Below, piece after piece: positions 1-13,367 of a stretch of 64,000 nt of DNA (its first letter is position 1; each line of letters opens with the position of its first letter). The notes beneath the pieces are model-generated. The model did not search any database. It was not told the DNA's origin and was given only the letters and a program-made list of their open reading frames with translations. The DNA is from Somniosus microcephalus (Eukaryota). Both the position numbers and the translations under genes were made by a program. Location of the stretch: NCBI GenBank assembly GCA_052327205.1, contig CM126205.1, positions 245,892,001 through 245,956,000 of the forward strand, written 5' to 3'.

Positions 1-107
1 TTCCTGTTGACCACAGTTAGACCTGCTTCGGTAGCAGTCATGGAAAGATCTGCAGTTCCAGCTACAGTACTTATCTTTTTGTTGAAGGAAGCTTGTGGCA
101 TAATTGG
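1..107 (-). CDS. Candidate internal/first coding exon of an unidentified host gene (continues past the window start)
   Basis: The minus strand has a pyrimidine-rich acceptor (ttttcacag) ending at 108. Two frames stay open to the window edge: MPQASFNKKISTVAGTADLSMTATEAGLTVVNR (ATG at 101) or NYATSFLQQKDKYCSWN. The sequence does not resemble a repeat; the protein was not recognised. Confidence 0.35.
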
Positions 108-1375
108 CTGTGAAAAATGCCATGCAAATGGAGTAAAAAGAAATCTTTTTTGCTATGGTAGTAATCAAAGTATTTTCACAGTTACTGCTATTTTTTCAAG
201 GGGAGGTAAAAGCAAATATCGAGTTACCTCTCAAAAGTTGATCGGTGCTTAGTTGTTACCTTAAGGATATGGGTTTCAAATAATATTTTTAATATTTTTA
301 GGAGAACGACAGTATTTCTATGAATACAATGAGGGGGCAAAATTCACAGGGATCACGATGCGCGATCTGCCTGCGCCATTTGAAAGTACTGCAGACAGCA
401 CGTGAAATTCTTGCTGCCTGCTCATTACAGCGCTGAGCTCAGTGCTAAACGCGCTCCTAGTTGGCTCAGCGCTCAACAGAGTGCCCAATATCCTGCGCAG
501 TCTTCCCTCTATTTAAAGGTTGCCTGCAGAGTCACAGACTGTTCTGCACTTCTTAAAGGGGAGGTGCTCTGATACAAAAGTACCTCATTGTTAGTGGAGC
601 TAGTCACTAACTTGATCGAGTTTTTTGATGAGGTAACAGAGAGGGTTGATGAGGGCAATGCGGTTGACGTGGTGTACATGGACTTCCAAAAGGCATTTGA
701 TAAAGTGTCACTTAATAGGCTTACCAGCAAAGTTGAAGCCCATGGAATAAACAGGGACAGTGGCAGCATGGATACGCAATTGGCTAAGTGACAGAAAACA
801 GAGAGTAACGGTGAACAGTTGTTTTTCGGACTGGAGGAAGATGGTGTTCCCCAGGGGTTGGTTCTAGGACCACTGCTTTTCTTGATGTATATTAATGACT
901 TGGACATCGGAGTACAGGGCACAATTTCAAAATTTGCAGTTGACTCTAAACTTGGAGGTATAGTGAACAGTGAGGAGGATAGTGATAGACTTCAAGAAGA
1001 CATAGATAGGCTGGTGAAATGGGCGGACACATGGCAGATGAAATTTAATGCAGAAAAGTACGAAGCGATACATTTTGGTAGGAATGAGGAGAGACAATAT
1101 AAACTAAATGGTGCAATCCTAAAGCGGGTGCATGAACAGAGAGACCTGCGGGTATATGTGCACAAATTGTTGAAGGTGGTAGGTTAGGTTGAGAAAGCAG
1201 TTAAAAAACCATATGGAATCTTGGGCTTCATAAATAGAGGCATAGAGTACAAAAGCAAGGAAGGTATGATTAACCTTTATAAATTACTGGTCCGACCTCA
1301 ACTGGAGTATTGTGCCCAATTCTGGGCACCGCACTTTAGGAAGGATGTGAAGACCTTAGAGAGGGTGCAGAAGGA

Positions 1376-4150
1376 AGATGGTTGTGGTGGTTGAAGGTCA
1401 ATCATCACAGCCCCAGGACATCGCTGCAGGAGTTTCTCAGGACAGTGTTCTAGGCCCAACTATCTTCAGCTGCTTCATCAATGACCTTCCCTCCAACATA
1501 AGGTCAGAAATGGGAATGTTTGCTGATGACTGCACAGTGTTCAGTGCCATTCACAACTCATCAATAATGAAGCAGTCCATGCCTGCATGCAACAAAACCT
1601 GGACGACGTTCAGGCTTGGGCTGAGAAGTGCCAGGCAATGACTATCTCCAACAAGCGAGTGTCTAACCACCTCTCCTTGACATGCAACAGTATTACCATC
1701 ACCGAATCCCCTACCATCAACATCCTGGGGGTCACCATTGACCAGAAACTTAACTGGACCAGCCACATCAATACATAAGAACATAAGAAATAGGAGCAGG
1801 AGTAGGCCATTCAGCCCTTCAAGCCCTGCTCCACCATTCAATGAGATCATGGCTGATCTTCTGCCTCAATTCCATTCACCGGCCCTATCGCCATATCCGT
1901 TGATGCCCTTACTAGTCAGAAATCTATCGACTTCTGTTTTGAATATACCCAATGACTGAGCCTCGACCGCCCTCTGGGGTACAGAATTCCAAAGATTCAC
2001 CAGCCTCTGTGTGAAGAAATTTCTTCTCATCTCAGTCCTGAATGGCCTACCCTTTATCCTGAGGCTGTGGCCCCTGGTTCTAGACTCCCCAGCCAAGGGA
2101 AACATTCTCCCAGCATCCACCCTATCAAGCCCTGTAATAATTTTGTATGCTTCAATGAGATCCCCTCTCATTATTCTGAATTCAAGAGAATACAGGCCTA
2201 GTTTACTCAATCTCTTCTCATACGACAGTCCTGCCATCCCAGGAATCAATCTTGTGAACCTTCGTTGCACTCCCCCTATGGCAAGTATATCCTTCCTTAG
2301 GTAAGGAGACCAAAATTGTACACAGTACTCCAGGTGTGGTCTCACCAAGGCCCTATATAATTGGAATAAGACTTCTTTACTCCTGTACTCAAATCCTCTT
2401 GTAATGAAGGACAGCATACCATTTGCCTTCCTAATGGCTTGCTGCACCTGCACATTCACTTTCAGTGACTCATGTACAAGGACATCCAGGTCCCTTTGAG
2501 CATCTGCATTCCCCAATCTTTCACCATTTAGAAAATACTCTGCCTTACTGTTTTTTCTACCAAAGTAGATAACTTCACATTTATCCACATTATATTCCAC
2601 CTGCTATGTTCTCGCCCACTCACTGAGCCTGTCAAGATCCCCTTGAAACCTCTTCGCAACTGACACTGCCACCTAGCTTTGTATCATCAGCAAATTTGGA
2701 AATGTTACATTGAGTCCCCTCATCCAAATCATTGATATAAATTGTGAATAGCTGGGGCCCAAGTACCGATCCTTATGGTACCCCACTAGTCACAGCCTGC
2801 CATCCTGAAAAAGACCCGTTTATCCCTGCTCTTTGTTTTCTGTCTGTTAACTAATTCTCAATCCATGCTAGTATATTACCCCCAATTCCATGTGCCCTAA
2901 TTTTGTTCACCAACCTCTTGTGTGGGACCTTATCGAAGGCCTTCTGAAAATCCAAATACACCACATCTACCGGTTCCCCTTTGACTACTCCATTAGTTAC
3001 ATCCTCAAAGAACTCCAGTAGGTTTGTCAAACAGGATTTCCCTTTCATAAATCCATGTTGACTCTGCCCAATCTTACCATTAGTTTCTAAGTGTCCAGTT
3101 ATTGCATCCTTTATAATAGATTCCAGCATTTTCCCAACTACTGACGTGAGGCTAACAGGTCTGTAGTTCCCCGTTTTCTCTCTCCCTCCTTTCTTAAATA
3201 GCGGGGTTACATTTGCTATCCTCCAATCTGCAGGAACCATTCCAGAATCTATAGAATTTTGGAAGATGACAACCAATGCGTCCACTATCCCAATGGCCAC
3301 CTCTTTCAAAACCCTAGGATGTAGGTCATCTGGTCCTTAGGATTTATCGACTTTTAGTCCCATTAATTTTGCTAGTACTGTTTTTTTACTAATAATAATT
3401 TCTTTAAGTTCCTCATTCTTGCCACACCCTTGGTTTTCTTGTATTTCTGGGAGGTTTTTTGTGTCTTCCTCCATGCAGACAGAAATAAAGTATTTATTTA
3501 ATTTCCCTGCCATTTCCTCATTCCCCATTATAAATATTGTGGCAACAAGAGCAGGTCAGAGGCTAGGTATTCTGCAGTGAGTGTCTCACCTCCTGCTACC
3601 CCAATGTCTTTCCACCATCTATAACGCACAAGGAATGTGATGGAATACTCTCCACTTGCCTGGATGAGTGCAGCTACAACAATACTCAAGAAGCTCGACA
3701 CCATCCAGGACAAAGCAGCCCGCTTGATTGGCACCCCATCCACCACCTTAAACATTCACTCCCTCCACCACCGGCATACCATGTCTGCAGTGTGTACCAT
3801 CTACAAGATGCACTGCAGCAGCTCACCAAGGCTTCTTCGGCAGCACCTCCTAAACCCGCGACCTCTTCCACCTAGAAGATAAGGGCAGCAGGCGCATGGG
3901 AACACCACCACCTCCAAGTTCCCCTCCAAGTCACACACCAGCCTGACTTAGAAGTATATCGCCGATCCTTCATCGTCACTGGGTCAAAATCCTGGAATTC
4001 CCTACCTAACAGCACTGTGGGAGTACCTTCACCACACGGACTGCAGCGGTTAAAGAAGGCAGCTCACCACCACCTTCTCGAGGGCAATTAGGGATGGGTA
4101 ATAAATGCTGGCCTTGCCAGCAACGCTCACATCCCATAAATGATTAAAAA
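1376..4150 (+). mobile_element. 5'-truncated CR1/L2-group LINE of a second family, nested in the CR1 above and split by a third LINE
   Basis: RT motifs AGVSQDSVLGPTIFSCFINDL and MFADD, a C-terminal region (MEYSPLAWMSAA) and a 3' UTR with AATAAA are present. The same family occurs at 34645-34848 and 53821-55110. Confidence 0.75.
1774..3529 (-). mobile_element. 5'-truncated CR1 LINE (ORF2 RT and 3' UTR), innermost element of the nest
   Basis: Minus-strand ORFs 3337-3528, 2851-3309 and 1866-2600 encode CR1 RT (NYRPVSLTS, YLDFQKAFDKVPH, LEYCVQFWSP). There is a (TTCTTATG)n tail at 1774-1790. Confidence 0.9.
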
Positions 4151-4642
4151 AGATTTACGAGAATGATTCCAGGAATGAGGGACGCCAGTTATGTGGATAG
4201 ACTGGAGAAGCTGAGGTTGTTCTCCTTAGAGCAGAGAAGATTAAGATGAGATTTGATAGAAGTATTCAAAATCATGAGGGGTCGAGACAGAGAGAAACTG
4301 TTCCCATTGGTGGAAGGGTCAAGAAGCAGAGGACACAGATTTAAGGTGATTGGCAAAAGAACCAAAGGCGACATGAGGAAAAACTTTTTTTACGCAGCGA
4401 GTGGTTATGATCTGGAATGCACTCCCTGAAAGGGTGGTGAATGCAAACTCAATCGTGGCTTTCAAAAGGGAGTTGGATAAGTACCTGAGGAGAAAGATTT
4501 TGCAGGGCTACAGGGAAAGGGCGGGGGAGTGGGACTAGCTGAAGTGCTCTCGCAGAGAGCCGGCATAGGCTCGATGGGCCAAATGGCCTCCTTCTGTGCT
4601 TTAACCATTCTATTCTATGATTGTTGGTGGAGCTAGAGCAAT

Positions 4643-4881
4643 ATGTCTCAACTGGGAGTGAACGTGCACTTTGGTTCTCCGATGTAGCACTGCAGATCTT
4701 GGTGCAGAGAGTGTACAGGAGGAAACAAGTCCTCTACCCACAGCGGGGCAGGAGGCCATTACAGGCACTGTGCAAAGGCATTGGGAGGAAATAGCAGAAG
4801 CCAACAGTGCCACCAGTCTTTCCCCCCAGGACCTGGATTCAGTGCCGGAAGAAGTTTAATGACCTCACTCAAGTGGTCAAG
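4643..4881 (+). pseudogene. Myb/SANT-like DNA-binding protein exon 1 of Harbinger H1 (frameshifted)
   Basis: Translates as FSDVALQILVQ...WEEIAE...QCRKKFNDLTQVVK followed by a GTGAGT donor. It is homologous to exon 1 of the intact Myb gene at 52542-52778. Confidence 0.7.
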
Positions 4882-4889
4882 GTGAGTGA

Positions 4890-6794
4890 ATACATCTTCA
4901 TGGTTATGGTACATCGCAGCATTGATGTGCCCACAAAGTCACGTGTGTGCAGTTGATGGCGCCCAGCACCATGGGGAAGCCCGATAACCTGGCAAACCCA
5001 TGTGCACACTTCTCCTGCTTCTCTCTGTTCAGAGAGAAGACAATGAAGTCCCTTCTCCTGGAATACAGAACCTCTGTGACCTCCTGGATGCATCAATGGA
5101 TGGTGAGCTGCGAGATGTTTGCTATGTCACCTGCTCCAGCCTGGAAGGTTCCGCTGGTGAAAAAATTCAGGACCATAGTCACCTTGAGGGCCACTGGCAG
5201 CGCCATCATTGCCCTGCTCTGAGGCTGCAGGTCTGATTCCAAGAGGTGGCAGAGTTCTGTGAGCACCTCCTTGGTGAAGCAGAGCTTCTGAATACACTGC
5301 CTCTGGCTTAACTGCAGGAAGGAGAAGTGCTCCCTGAAGACCCTAGGTGGGTAAGGCCTCCTGCTGAGAGCCCTCCTCCCCCTCCCGCTCTTCCCACTGC
5401 GAACAGCTTGTCTTTGCTGCCTCTGCTCCATCTCCCAGTCATGCTGCAGCGCAAGAGGAACTGCAAGTAGAGCTGTGAAAGAATAAGCCATAAAACCTAT
5501 TCAGAAAAATACACCATTCTATGAAAGAATTCTGGCCTTATTAAAACATGACAAACTGGGTCTGGAAATCTAGAAACCTAACAATGGAGAAACTGTATTG
5601 TTAACAGCATTCTGGCTGTGGGGATGGGATGGTTGTTGACACTGAGTCAATGGCCTTGTTGAAACAGAAGGTTGGAGGCTCCTGATGGTCTGAATCTTTG
5701 GAAAGAAGACAATGGTGCATCCTGATTAAGGTGTTCTAAGTTACACTTCGTAAACAGGCACATAAAATTAAGAAACAAATGCCTTCGTAAAAATGACATC
5801 AAGTAAAAGAAGCACCTGCCGTCACACCGTTTTTGTGTTAAGCTTAAGACACCTACACAGGAGACATGATTCTGTGTTAAAACCAGCTGAGGTGACTAAG
5901 AATTGCATAGATCACCCTAGTTAAGGTGTTATAATTGCAAGAGCACAAACAGAAGAGCTTAGTAAAAATGACATTAAATAAAATCACCTGCTGTCACACC
6001 GTTTTTATGGTAAGCTTAAGACACCGACACAGGAGACATAATTCTTAATGCTACCAGCTGATCTGACTGTAAGAATTGCAGAAGTCAGCAGAAAATGACT
6101 AGAGAGAATTAGCTTACATCAGCAGAAAACCTTACAGGAATACCACTGGAAAAGGGTATAAATATTGAACTCTCAAATAGGATACTAGATTCGCTGTAAA
6201 GGGGCAAAGCAATTCTCGGCTTCAGAGGCAGGCTCTGTAAGTCTACACCTCTTTGTATCTCGGGTACTGTATTTGATTTTGGTGGATATTCTGAATAAAC
6301 TTTAAGAACTGTAAAACTGTAGCGAAGTTAAGATTTGAGAAAAGGATCTCTGATAAGAATTGAAAGCTTTCTCTTTTTGGAATTGTTAATGTTGCGATTG
6401 AATCACCAACTGTAAAATACATGTCGGTTCTTTAATAAATCTATATATTTTTAGAATTGTCTCACATAATACTTCTGTATCAAACTCGCAAACTCAATCT
6501 CTGTACACTCTTTGGTGAGGAGTTGCAGAATTCTGGAGGAGTTTTCTGGACCCTCATAATATCCGGAATGTTACAGTCTAACTAAACTTATTAAAAGTGC
6601 TATCTGGAGGACGGTAACATTTTCAGATTGTTCCTTTCCTTTAGGGAGAGATAGTCCGGATCTTTAAACCCAATTAAACGTCTTTAGGATTCAGCTACCT
6701 CTAACTTTAGTTGAAAGTGAACATCTGGGGAATACGCCTGATCTGGGGTAGCCCGAAAGGGGCTAGGACTCGTAATAATCCCTCAGAGCCCCAT
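4890..6794 (-). pseudogene. Harbinger transposase 5' remnant, split by the solo LTR just after the start codon
   Basis: RRPYPPRVFR...LPVALKVTMVLNFFTSGTFQAGAGDIANISQ matches the transposase at 49139. The ATG at 6794 rejoins across the LTR. Confidence 0.8.
5474..6785 (+). mobile_element. 1312-bp solo LTR, retroviral (possibly foamy-like)
   Basis: TG...CA ends with a 4-bp TSD GAGC (5470-5473 / 6786-6789). Contains a duplicated ~120-bp block (5787-5908, 5962-6080), TATAAATA 6157-6164, GTAAGT 6237-6242, and AATAAA at 6294 and 6434. Confidence 0.75.
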
Positions 6795-9719
6795 GACTGG
6801 GAGGAAGTGGTGCAGTCAAAGGCCTTCCTTTAAGAGCCAATGCCTTCCCAACTTACAGCAGCACTCCCTGTACTCTTTACCAACTTTTTAAATGTCTTAC
6901 ACCGAGGCACTACTCAAATAAACTGTACACGAGCCAGTAAAAAAGCAAAAAGCTACTTACCTCAAAACTGCATTGTGTCCCTTTAAGTAACACTGATGGG
7001 GGGCCCGAGGTGCAGCTGAACACGTTCAGCTGTGCGTGTTTAGGACAGGGCGTACAGTGGAGCGGCCATTTCCAAAATGTCGGGTTGTGTGTGAAATCAG
7101 TGTTCCATGCTGATTGACGTCACCATCTATCTCACTTGATTTCTTCAAGTGCGCGCAGACAACGTCCACACTATCACCCTTCCCAAGATGATGTCCAGCG
7201 CGGGCTATGCCAGAAGTCGGTGGAAGCGTGGCAAACGCCATTGTTTCCTTCAAACCAGCCATAACAGTCGCCGCTAAGATGCCGAATTTCGTGGCCTGAA
7301 TGTTTTACATAATAATGAAATGACCTCAAGAACAAATAGGAATATTATGCCATTAAGCACATTTCTTATTCATTGTTGTATTGACAGCATAATTACAAGG
7401 ATTCCAAATCAAATGTCAAACAGAGATAGGAAAGTACAGTGGGGTTGAGGGATGCCCCATCTGCTCAACCTTAATTGCCTTATGAACTCTTCCAACCACT
7501 AGAATGATTACTTTTGTTTCTAACATTTTACAAAGTCTATTCAGCTTCACAAATTAAGTTCCTTAAATTAGGTTCCTTTAAATCTTTTAGTGATCCTTAA
7601 TCTCCAGAGATGACTAATATGGCTCTATAATGAATGGTGGGCTGAGCTTTAAAGGGGTCTAACTGCAACTTAATTATCATTTTGCAGGTAAATTAGACTT
7701 AAGTTGGGTTTGTAAAAGGAATTTTGTGGCATATATAGTAGACTGACCCTAGGGTATGCGCCAACATATGTTACTGTCAGGGAAAGTCATTCTCAAGTAT
7801 ACCTAATGGTATTTGACACATTTACAAGAGTATGGTATGACCTTGTGGGTAATGTGTTCTTTGATTTCTTATTTATGCTACCTTATTCTGGTTTTGTTTA
7901 AAATCAAGGTAGATAATTTTGTACACTCTAGTGTTGAAAAGCTAGTAACAATGAGATTCTACGGCTTATTTTGCTAAAGAGAACCGTTTTCTCTTTTTCC
8001 TCTGTTTGCTGACATGTACATCCTTAGTAAACCTCCTTCTGACACAGTGCAAAATTCTATAATTTCTGAGTACAGTATTAGTCTTGCTGCCAATGGCTTT
8101 CTTCTGTGCACGCTAATCGAAGTGCTTTCTTATTTCACAATCATTGCTATTTCCATATGTAAATACTGATTTGAATGAACTTTCAGTGATCTTATGTGCC
8201 ATTGTCCAGTTCAATCCAAAGCACCAGGGAGAAATTGCTGAACACGGCACAAGTCCCAGGCAATTCCCCCCGAATTCTAGAAAAAAATGTCCAAATACAA
8301 ATCAATATGTCAAACGCTTTTAGGGACTCTTGCTCTATTAAGAAATGCTGCATAATTTTTTTTTTTAAGTACTATGCCATAAGAAATAGAATCAAGTTTT
8401 AACGTGTAAATTGAAACATTGTACTGTACCATTTTCAAAATCCTTAGGTTTAGACTCACTCTGATCAGACTTTGATTTAGATTAATTTTTTTCCACGTAA
8501 ATAAAGGAGCATAAATTAATTTGGATTGAATCAAGCTTAAACCTTTCCTCTTCCAGCAGTTTCTCTGCAGATTTGAACAGGTTTTTATTTTAATTCTACT
8601 CACGTAAGCAGCTGGACTGAAGAAAAATTATTTTGCCTTGCGATTAAATGTCACATTTACATGTGAATTCTGTGCTTGAGGAAACTGACAGCTTTATGTT
8701 TTGTGTTGTGTTTCTGAAAACCACCCTACTCATTTAAACAAGCCTACGCCAGTACATTCCTCTTGTATTTGGGCTCCCCCTTTTACATACAATAATGATT
8801 TAAAAAATTAAAATTAAAATGTTTAGAACAGCTCTTGTTTCCCAACGAGAAAGTCAGAAGTTTGAGTGTCAACGCTTCCTGTTTATCAGTTTCACTTTTC
8901 TGCATTGACATCCAGCCAGCGTGTGGCTACAGAACTCAAAGATGGGTTACAAGTCACCAAAACATGGGGCCACTATTTTACTATGTTTATATGCAAGTCT
9001 CCTCTTGTCCTCAATTACTTTCATGTCATTTGTAATATGAAGCTCCTGTTGATAAGGATGAAGTCAGTGAATGTCAGCAGATGCCCCAGTTTATTCATAT
9101 TTTTAGTCTGTTGTAAAGGTTTTGATTTTGTTTTTCTTATTTTCTCTCCCACAAAACTTCTGTGTTGTAGCTATGTCACAGTATCAACTTTTAAAAGTAA
9201 TACTTATCCACACATAATTTACAACATAAGAAATTCACTGACCCTGTGCCAGTGCTTCCTGTCAGATTGATGCTTTTGTTGATCTTGGCAGTCATTTCCT
9301 TGAATTCTTGCATCAGCTCTGCGGGCCAGGGAGCAGATATTTCAATTTTATAATGTAAAATAAGCTCCTTCATAGAAATTGCATAATGCAGTTATATTGC
9401 TTACATTTCTTTCAGGAACTTTATAGCAAATTTTGATTTAGTATCATGCTTTCTAATTAAGACTGTGTGCATATGTAGTCCAGTGTTGCCAATCACACAA
9501 TGAATGGAAACAAAGAAATGCAGGTAGGTGATGCCATAATATAAAACATCTTTTTAACTCTGAAAACACACTTAATTTTTAGATGAAAATGTGAGACCAC
9601 TTTCTTTTTTTAAACCAATTTTCTCTCCTATTCTCGTCAAGGTGATTATTCTTAGCATGTGGTTCAACAGGCTCCTGCAGCTCTCCGGTACTCATGACCA
9701 TTCTTTATTTGTAAGTTGG

Positions 9720-9915
9720 TGTCAGCAGACTATTCTACCATGGAGTCATCACAGCTGAGCCTAATCCTGTTCTCACCAAATAAGCAGCCATGCATTTTTT
9801 TTCCAGCAGGAATTATTGGACAGCAATAGTGTGGGAATCCTGACTGATTTGTTTTCTTTTTCCAAGCCCAAGGATGCAGAAGCCAATTGTAATGCCCAAC
9901 TGAGGCCAGCCGACT
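9720..9915. repeat. Old SINE-like interspersed repeat; related decayed segments at about 11640-11735 and 13460-13600
   Basis: TCACAGCTGAGCCTAATCC here resembles TCACAGCTGAACCTGATCC near 13477. The CCTGACTGATTT block is echoed in reverse (AAATCAGCCATGG) near 11705. Confidence 0.35.
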
Positions 9916-11121
9916 AGGCACATACCATGTTCTTGTATGGTTTAGTCCTTTACTAGGTGGTGCCTCACTCTCTAAGTCATCTGGGTTCCATGTCACCCAG
10001 TTTGGTATCCTCAGTCTTTCACCACGCTAACTTTTATGGACAACCCTCTCAGGAAAGAAAAAACAATCAACTGTCTGACTCTCCATCATTCAATTGTACC
10101 TCCTGGTGCCCAGTAATGGATTGGCAGGGACGACGATCACAGAGAAGTTCATAGTACAAATGGTTCTTTCATTCTAACTGAGGTAAAGCAAAGAACATAC
10201 ATTAAGGTGGAACTTATGTCTTTCCAAGTTTAATTTATATTAATAGTCAGTCATAAGGAAAACACCAAGCTTCAAACAATGACTGTTTAACAGCAAACAG
10301 TCCTATATTTATATCCTAGCATTAATTCATTGTTTATCATATCTTCACAATAAAAGAAATGTTCCCTTTTTTAACTTCCATCTAATAATAACCATTTTGT
10401 TAGTGGCTGCTCTTTATAAGGTGATATTTTAGTGTTTGCTCATGCTGATTAAAATATTGTGTATGGAAAACTAGATGTGAACACAGGAGATTTTCTTTAC
10501 TCTCATGAAAGCAGGTTTATTGCTGGTGATTAAATAGAGGAGGAATTTGTGTTGATAACCATCCTGCATTCTAATAAAAGAAAACCACAAATTGAAAGGT
10601 TTGATAATTCTAAGTCCAGCTATTACAACTAATGCCTGTTAAAGACAAATTGTTTCTAACTACGTATATTCAGAATGATGGCAAAACTGTATTACTAGAA
10701 AATTTTAGTAGAATATAAAAGTTATTTATTGACTGCTTTCTTAAACCTCCACAGTATCAATAGAGTGTTCAAAGTATAAGCCTTAAACACTGTAGGGTTT
10801 GAGAAATTCTATGAGACATTTGGGGTTTAAAATCCTACAACCTATAGCTTAAGGCTCTTAAAATCTGCATGCCTCATACATAAAAAATAAAAATATTACT
10901 TGAGATTGTAAAAATGTAGCCTTTATAGCCTCTTTTATAATTATTTAAGTGCAACTATATGGCCTCACGAATGCTAAATTTTGGTGGATTATGAGCTTTT
11001 TCTTGGAAAAAGAAATTAGCAAATAAAACATAGGTCATTATATGCCACAAAGATATGTACAAAATGCTGAATTCAATCTTTTTTTAAACAGCTGACAATA
11101 ATGACACTTCTGCATACTTAC

Positions 11122-11339
11122 CTGATTCTCTTACTTGTAGAAACTCATAAAAAATCATATTTCTAAAATCTGTTTGATAAATTCTTTGAAGGAAGTCATA
11201 TTAATCCTCTCATTGTGATCTGTTGAAGTTAGTGGCGCAGTGTCTTAAATTATTCTTTAGATTAATGTAAAGAGAGTTACTGGGGCTTTTTGAAAGTATT
11301 TTGACATGATTTGGCATGAGATGTCATTTTACATTGTTC
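11122..11339 (-). other. Candidate (mostly 5'-UTR) exon of the minus-strand host gene
   Basis: Consensus donor CAG|GTAAGT at 11122/11121 and acceptor cttcctgctactccag at 11340. There is no long ORF. Confidence 0.4.
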
Positions 11340-11863
11340 CTGGAGTAGCAGGAAGCAGTTTAATGCATCCTCCACCTCAATACACATAATTAAAACATGT
11401 GAAATGGAGTCAAGACTATTAGAGGCAAACAGATGCATTAAGACAGATAGAGAACACAAAGGAATCAGAAAATAGGTACTGAAAGATACACCAACACTGA
11501 TTTAAAATTTGTATGACATAATTAGAAAACCATGCAGAGAAAGAGAGATGCTCATACAAAGCATAGGTTGGAAACATTTACTGCTGCAATGTACAACTAA
11601 TTATAACTGTCAGGTCACCTGATCTTTTCTAGGTTAGCTGAAGGCAGCTAGGATGGCAGTCGAAGATCTGTAGCTGGCCTCAACCTTCTGCTTTGGGAAG
11701 GAGAAAATCAGCCATGGTTCCTACTCCTGATCAAGCCCTTAGGAGAAGAGAGGAATAATAAAAAAAAAATCAAATTATCCATTAAAATAATTAGGGTGAT
11801 TTTTGGTGTATTTCCAGAGCTTTTTGTTCTTGACTCTTTACTCCCATCTTGTCCACTCCTAAA

Positions 11864-13367
11864 CTCCTAGAAATTGGAAGTGTTAGCACTGGCCGTTAAG
11901 GCCCATTTTGGGAAAACAATGGCAGCCGCCTCATTTCCACTGCTGATGGGTCCCGCAGCAGCCGCTATTTTCGGCAGGTTAGCAGCGCTGCCATTGCCAT
12001 CGGGGAAAGTATTTTAATTAGTAGGAGTGTGACATCAATCAGAGTGCAACGCCAAATTGACACCTTCTCATCCATTTTGGAGATCGCCGCTCCTCTTACT
12101 GCCCTCTCCAAAGCACGCCCGTGCTTGCAGCCGCTGACAGCGCTTCACCATCATACACAGAAATTCTTCAAGTTGCAAATTTAAAACAGCCAGAAATTAA
12201 AGATAGAATTATCTCCACGTGGCTAGTGTAGTGTTTATATTAATCGCAAACCTAGGTCTTGATAGCTATCCCTTGGGATTTGTAGATAAAGTTTAATTTT
12301 TTTCTCGGTGGTTTGCTTATTTGAAACGGTCCTGGCTGAGATTGTGATACGGAATGTGTAACAAATGGGAAGATGCAGAATATTGCAAGTGATTATTTCT
12401 GAGTGGCTAGAAGTGTAAGCTTGAGGTTTGAATTAGAAATCACCTGTGGATGTTCAATATTTCGATCTCTGAAATGTGACTTCAAATTCTTTAAGTTATC
12501 AGCTATGAGTACTCTCTCCTCACCATGGAACAGTAAAAAGCCCTCAGTTGTCAGACCCTCCTAAGCCAGTGACTAAAGTGACCTCAGCATATCAATGAAA
12601 TTATGACTACAGTATAATGGTTTCAAAAACTACAAAGCGCTGGATTTGATCGTTCCTGTGCTATGTCTTTTTCTTCCTGCTTCATGAAAATTTAAACAAG
12701 CATTTAAAATAAATAGCTTTGCTTAGTCTCTATTCCTTTTGAATGAGATGCGTGGGTAAAGTGATGGGGAGAGTCCTTGAAAGCATTAAATGGGCCATCT
12801 TGGCTCAATGGGGAAAAAAATGAACAGTGTTCCCTTTTAGTTATAGCGTCCGCAGGGAACGGTTTCTCTTTAAACAACACTGAATGCTTGCCTTCTCCAG
12901 CACAATGAGAGGCACAGACTACAGTACAAACAAAATAATTAATTTGCCCTGTTTTACACCCACACCCTCCCCCCTTCTCCTCCTATAAATGAAAGGAGGA
13001 TCCCATAAAACAAGAGCTTTCTCCACAAGAGCTGAATGCAATACTGTAACATTGACAGATTGGTGAGCGGGTGGCAGGTACATTGCTGTAATAAATATGG
13101 CAACTGTTGCGTAGATGGGCTACAGGTTGACTCGTTTGTTCCTCGTTCTCCTTAAATCCAAGCTGTAACAGGCACAACCTTCGGCCTCCTGCTGAGCTTA
13201 GTGCCGGAAAGAGGCCTTTGCACCACATATTCTCTGCGCCACTGATCTAAGTTAGCAGGCAGCATCAAAATACCAGTGCTGCCTGCTCTCTCTTGGCTGG
13301 TGGGCGGCCGTTAGCCTTGGCCGGCACTGTTACTGGCAGGTTTCTGGCCTACTCGAATTTCTAGGCC
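11864..13367. mobile_element. Non-autonomous Harbinger-type element (~1.5 kb)
   Basis: Its ends, CCTAGAAATT and GAATTTCTAGGCC, match the TIR of Harbinger H3. The subterminal segments are GC-rich and there is no coding capacity. Confidence 0.55.

Larger units (their letters stand above)
604..4619 (+). mobile_element. 5'-truncated CR1 LINE (RT + 3' UTR), interrupted at about 1376-4150
   Basis: RT motifs VYMDFQKAFDKV and GVPQGLVLGPLLF are present. The element resumes at about 4150 (RFTRMIPG...) and ends in a short CR1 microsatellite tail. The 17-bp TSD is ATTGTTAGTGGAGCTAG (587-603) / ATTGTTGGTGGAGCTAG (4620-4636), with 1 mismatch. Confidence 0.85.
333..7296. mobile_element. Degenerate PIF/Harbinger DNA transposon H1 (internally deleted; hosts nested LINEs and a solo LTR)
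   Basis: Imperfect TIRs (GGGGGCAAAATTC at 333; GAATTTCGTGGCC ending 7296) are both flanked by TGA (3-bp TSD). It contains a Myb/SANT exon on + and a convergent transposase remnant on -. Confidence 0.65.

Noticed and set aside
8196-9460. Short ORFs and possible micro-exons in AT-rich unique DNA
   Set aside because: Splice signals are weak or inconsistent and no protein was recognised; they cannot be supported without transcripts.
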